The notes under the pieces were generated by a model, which had not been told where the DNA came from, did not search any database, and saw nothing but the letters and a program-made list of their open reading frames with translations. 64,000 bases of DNA from an uncultured Lentisphaerales bacterium (GTDB lineage: Bacteria > Verrucomicrobiota > Lentisphaeria > JABSQK01 > UBA12247), in NCBI GenBank assembly GCA_943788985.1, contig CALSSJ010000044.1, forward strand, positions 36,660 through 100,659, written 5' to 3'. Position 1 is the first letter of the stretch. Every line of letters starts with the position of its first letter. A program made the position numbers and the translations under genes. Shown piece by piece: positions 61,128 to 64,000 of the stretch.

Positions 61128-61340
61128 TTAGGATGCCCACTCCATCCCAAGCTTGCGATGCTGAAGCGCACAGTCTCGCAGATAGAGATTAATCAGCGTT
61201 TGATAGGGGATCCCGTTCTCCTCAGACATCTTCTTGAAATAGTCGATTACGTCTACCCCAAGGCGAATCGTGACTTGCTTCTTCAGCTTACTGGCGTACG
61301 GATTGGGCTTTGAATCCGAAAAATCGTACTCTTCTCTCAT
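61128..61340 (-). CDS. BrnA-family antitoxin
   Basis: 'MREEYDFS...NPY...KKQVTIRL..DVIDYFK...GIPYQTLINLYL'; coupled to BrnT. Confidence 0.88.
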   Translation of the reverse strand: MREEYDFSDSKPNPYASKLKKQVTIRLGVDVIDYFKKMSEENGIPYQTLINLYLRDCALQHRKLGMEWAS

Positions 61341-61624
61341 AGGAACTGTCCGTATTGCTTGCGTTCGTGTGGCTCTGTCTTGCGAGCAGAGATGACTCGA
61401 ATGACCTCATCATCCCTGTTGCGGTGGCAGTGGCAGACGATGAGTAGCCGTGCAGACGTCGACATGCCAAGCAGGATAAAGTGATCTTCTTCTTCGGAGC
61501 GATCAGGATCGAATATGATCAGGCCAAATGGATCAGCAAACGCGGTCGTCGCCTGCTCAAAGGAAAATCCATGCTTCTGCAGTTTGATTGCTGCTTTGTC
61601 TGGATCCCACTCGAATTCAATCAT
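61337..61624 (-). CDS. BrnT-family ribonuclease toxin
   Basis: 'FEWDPDKA...KHG.SFE.A...F.DP', 'IRVISARK...ERKQY'. Confidence 0.9.
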   Translation of the reverse strand: MIEFEWDPDKAAIKLQKHGFSFEQATTAFADPFGLIIFDPDRSEEEDHFILLGMSTSARLLIVCHCHRNRDDEVIRVISARKTEPHERKQYGQFL

Positions 61625-61717
61625 ATTTACAATGTATTTCTCAGGGGCATACGTCAAGCTTGACTGTCGCGCCGAAATCTTGGCAGAAAAATCTTCCTCG
61701 ACCTACATCCTCGCCTA

Positions 61718-62212
61718 TCAGCCACTATTTAGCTGATCATCCTCGACCGGCCGAGACTCAACGTCGATCACGCCATCGTCCATAGGCTGCTGCGGGTATT
61801 GCGCCCCCCCGAACGGCGGCGCCCCGAATTGCGGGCCAAACTGCATCTTCACATTGGTCCGGTTCTTGAAGTGGCGCACCAGCCAGGCGCGAAACAAGCC
61901 ACGCGTCACCGGGATCAGCAGCAGGAAGCCCAGAGCGTCGGTCACAAAACCCGGCGTCAGCAGAACCAGCCCGGCAGCAAAAATCAACAATGCGTCGAGC
62001 GCCTCAGTCGTCGGAACCCGCCCTGCCGCTAAAGACTCTTGAATCCCGCGCCAAGCACGCGCGCCCTGTCGACGTGCCAGCCAGCTACCGGCGATTCCCG
62101 TCAGGACGATGACAGCGAAGGTATTGCCCCAGCCAATGACGCTGACCTTTAGGATCAGCACCACCTCAATAGCGGGGACAACAATTAGTGCAGTGAGCAG
62201 GTAGAAGAACAC
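61718..62212 (-). CDS. fxsA: FxsA family membrane protein
   Basis: 'VPAIEV', 'AGLVLLTPGFVTDALGFLLLIP.TR', C-terminal 'VIDVE'; GTG 62212. Confidence 0.88.
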   Translation of the reverse strand: MFFYLLTALIVVPAIEVVLILKVSVIGWGNTFAVIVLTGIAGSWLARRQGARAWRGIQESLAAGRVPTTEALDALLIFAAGLVLLTPGFVTDALGFLLLIPVTRGLFRAWLVRHFKNRTNVKMQFGPQFGAPPFGGAQYPQQPMDDGVIDVESRPVEDDQLNSG

Positions 62213-62461
62213 TCTTGGCCTACTGCGAACGCTGAGACTGCACCCGCACCGGCACTGGGCTGGGCGCCGGCGCAAAGAAAAGGACCGAATAAAGAGTTCG
62301 AGCAGTGCGATGAAACGAATCATGGTGGGACATCCTGAATGGGGCTGAGAGAGATACCGCTATCTTGCGACGTGACGTAAGACAGCGTATTCATGCCGAT
62401 TGTTCACTTGCCCCAGAAAACAGCTGGTTGCCGCGGGTAGAAACTCAGTTACAGTTAGCGG

Positions 62462-63010
62462 ATGCATACGCGCACCTTTATCATCGCCTGCGTCTTGTTG
62501 GGCATTCTTGTGTTCCTGGCCCTTCAGAGACAGAGCCAACCCGTGGTCGCGCCGCAGGCGGCCGAGGAGAAGCCAGCTCCCAAGCCGGTGGCCGCCGAGC
62601 ATGTGGTCCGCCAGCCCACCAGTAAGGCCACAGATAGCCCCGGAGCCACTTTTCTGCTGGAAGGCTATGCGGACCCCAAACGCACGATCGTCGACGACCT
62701 CAAACTGGTCGACCACGTCTTCCGCGAGTATCAGGTCGCCTTCCGCGGGAATCCAGTCGGGACCAACGCAGAGATCATGGCCCGGTTTCAGGGACATAAT
62801 TCACGCAAGATCGTATACGTACCTGAGCAACACACCTACATTAATGCAGCGGGAGAACTGCTGGATCGCTGGAGCCGTCCGCTGTTCTTCCACCAACAAT
62901 CCTCGCACCTAATGGAGATCCGCTCCGCTGGACCGGATGGCAGCCATTGGACCGAGGATGACATCGTTTTCCCGCCCCCTGAGCCCGAGCCCCCTGAAAA
63001 AACGCCCTAA
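62462..63010 (+). CDS. Hypothetical membrane-anchored protein with GspG-like C-terminus
   Basis: N-terminal TM; '[11 protein letters not shown]...[15 protein letters not shown]'. Confidence 0.65.
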   Translation: MHTRTFIIACVLLGILVFLALQRQSQPVVAPQAAEEKPAPKPVAAEHVVRQPTSKATDSPGATFLLEGYADPKRTIVDDLKLVDHVFREYQVAFRGNPVGTNAEIMARFQGHNSRKIVYVPEQHTYINAAGELLDRWSRPLFFHQQSSHLMEIRSAGPDGSHWTEDDIVFPPPEPEPPEKTP

Positions 63011-63014
63011 AATC

Positions 63015-64000
63015 ATGTCTGTACCTGCTCCCCTGAATCCCGGTCAACGCGTCCTGATGGGCCCTGGTCCCAGCGACGCCAATCCTCGTGTATTGAGGGC
63101 CATGGCCACGCCGCTCATTGGGCATTTGGACCCGGACTTCATTCAGATCATGGATGAGATCAAGGACATGCTGCGCACAGCGTTTCGGACCCAGAACGAG
63201 CTAACGATCCCGATCTCAGCGCCTGGCAGCGCTGGCATGGAGACTTGCCTGGTGAATCTGCTTGAGCCCGGCGATCGCGCGATCGTCTGCGTCAACGGCG
63301 TGTTTGGCGGACGCATGGCCGACATTGTCGAGCGCTGCGGCGCGACCGCAATCCGAGTCGAGGCCGAATGGGGCCAGCCGATCGCCCCCGAGAAAGTAGC
63401 AGACGCGCTGGCTGCAAACTCTGCAAAGCTCGTTTGCATCGTCCATGCCGAGACGTCGACCGGCGTGCTGCAACCACTGGAAGAGATTGCGAACCTCGCA
63501 CATGAGCACGAAGCGCTCATCGTGGTAGACACAGTCACATCCTTCTGCGGATCCGCGCTGGAAGTCGACGCCTGGGGCTTGGACGCCGTCTACACGGGGA
63601 CTCAAAAGTGCCTAAGCGCGCCTCCCGGAATCTCGCCGGTCACGTTCAGTGAGCGCGCGGTAGCGGTCATGGATGCGCGCAAAACGAAGGTCCAGAGCTG
63701 GTTTCTCGATCTGTCGATGGTGCGGAACTACTGGACAGGTGCCAAACGTGCCTACCACCACACCGCGCCGGTCAGCAGCATGTACGCCCTGCACGAGGCA
63801 CTGCGCATCGTCCTCGAAGAAGGACTCGAGCCGCGCTGGAAGCGCCATCAACAGAATCATGTCCTACTTCGCCATGGCTTGCAGGAACTTGGCTTCAAAT
63901 ACCTGGTCTCACCAGAGTATCGCTTGCCGATGCTGAACGCAGTGCATCTTCCTTCTGGTTGTGAGGATGCCGCCACTGCGCGGCGCACTGTTAGATCGTT
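63015..64000 (+). CDS. Alanine-glyoxylate / class V PLP aminotransferase (partial, runs off window)
   Basis: Manual translation from ATG 63015: 'LMGPGPSD', 'GHLDP', 'NGVFGGR', 'VHAETSTG', 'VDTVTS', '[11 protein letters not shown]', 'YHHT'. Confidence 0.92.
   Translation, partial: MSVPAPLNPGQRVLMGPGPSDANPRVLRAMATPLIGHLDPDFIQIMDEIKDMLRTAFRTQNELTIPISAPGSAGMETCLVNLLEPGDRAIVCVNGVFGGRMADIVERCGATAIRVEAEWGQPIAPEKVADALAANSAKLVCIVHAETSTGVLQPLEEIANLAHEHEALIVVDTVTSFCGSALEVDAWGLDAVYTGTQKCLSAPPGISPVTFSERAVAVMDARKTKVQSWFLDLSMVRNYWTGAKRAYHHTAPVSSMYALHEALRIVLEEGLEPRWKRHQQNHVLLRHGLQELGFKYLVSPEYRLPMLNAVHLPSGCEDAATARRTVRS

Overview
GC-rich bacterial chromosomal segment, most likely from a PVC-superphylum (Lentisphaerae/Verrucomicrobia-like) genome. 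This is inferred from the sulfatases, a PA14-repeat surface protein and a short HemC. Most genes are housekeeping: pyrE, menH, priA, mraY, tatA, panC, acpP-fabF, a 7TM-HD/ybeY/CBS/carA/rodA/recN/ugd run, hisH-hisF and a HemC-CobA-HemD fusion. An accessory patch at about 21.3-31 kb holds a decayed IS1634, a Wzc remnant, a sigma-54 activator with two divergent sigma-54 promoters driving an N-formylglutamate amidohydrolase-like / DUF1704 metallopeptidase / GshB-like ATP-grasp operon, and a HipA remnant. A second patch at about 54.3-57 kb holds a sulfatase pseudogene and an IS3. The most striking unexplained signal is a 15-bp palindrome, TTGCG-RASTY-CGCAA. By eye it occurs 9 times perfectly and about 18 more times with 1-3 mismatches, mostly inside unrelated genes and in all three codon phases, as chromosome-organising protein sites (matS/NBS/SBS-like) or HIP1/uptake-type repeats do. 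Single-base frameshifts in normally conserved genes (priA, mraY) suggest assembly indel errors. No rRNA, tRNA or CRISPR array was seen. All calls come from reading the sequence; no database search was run.
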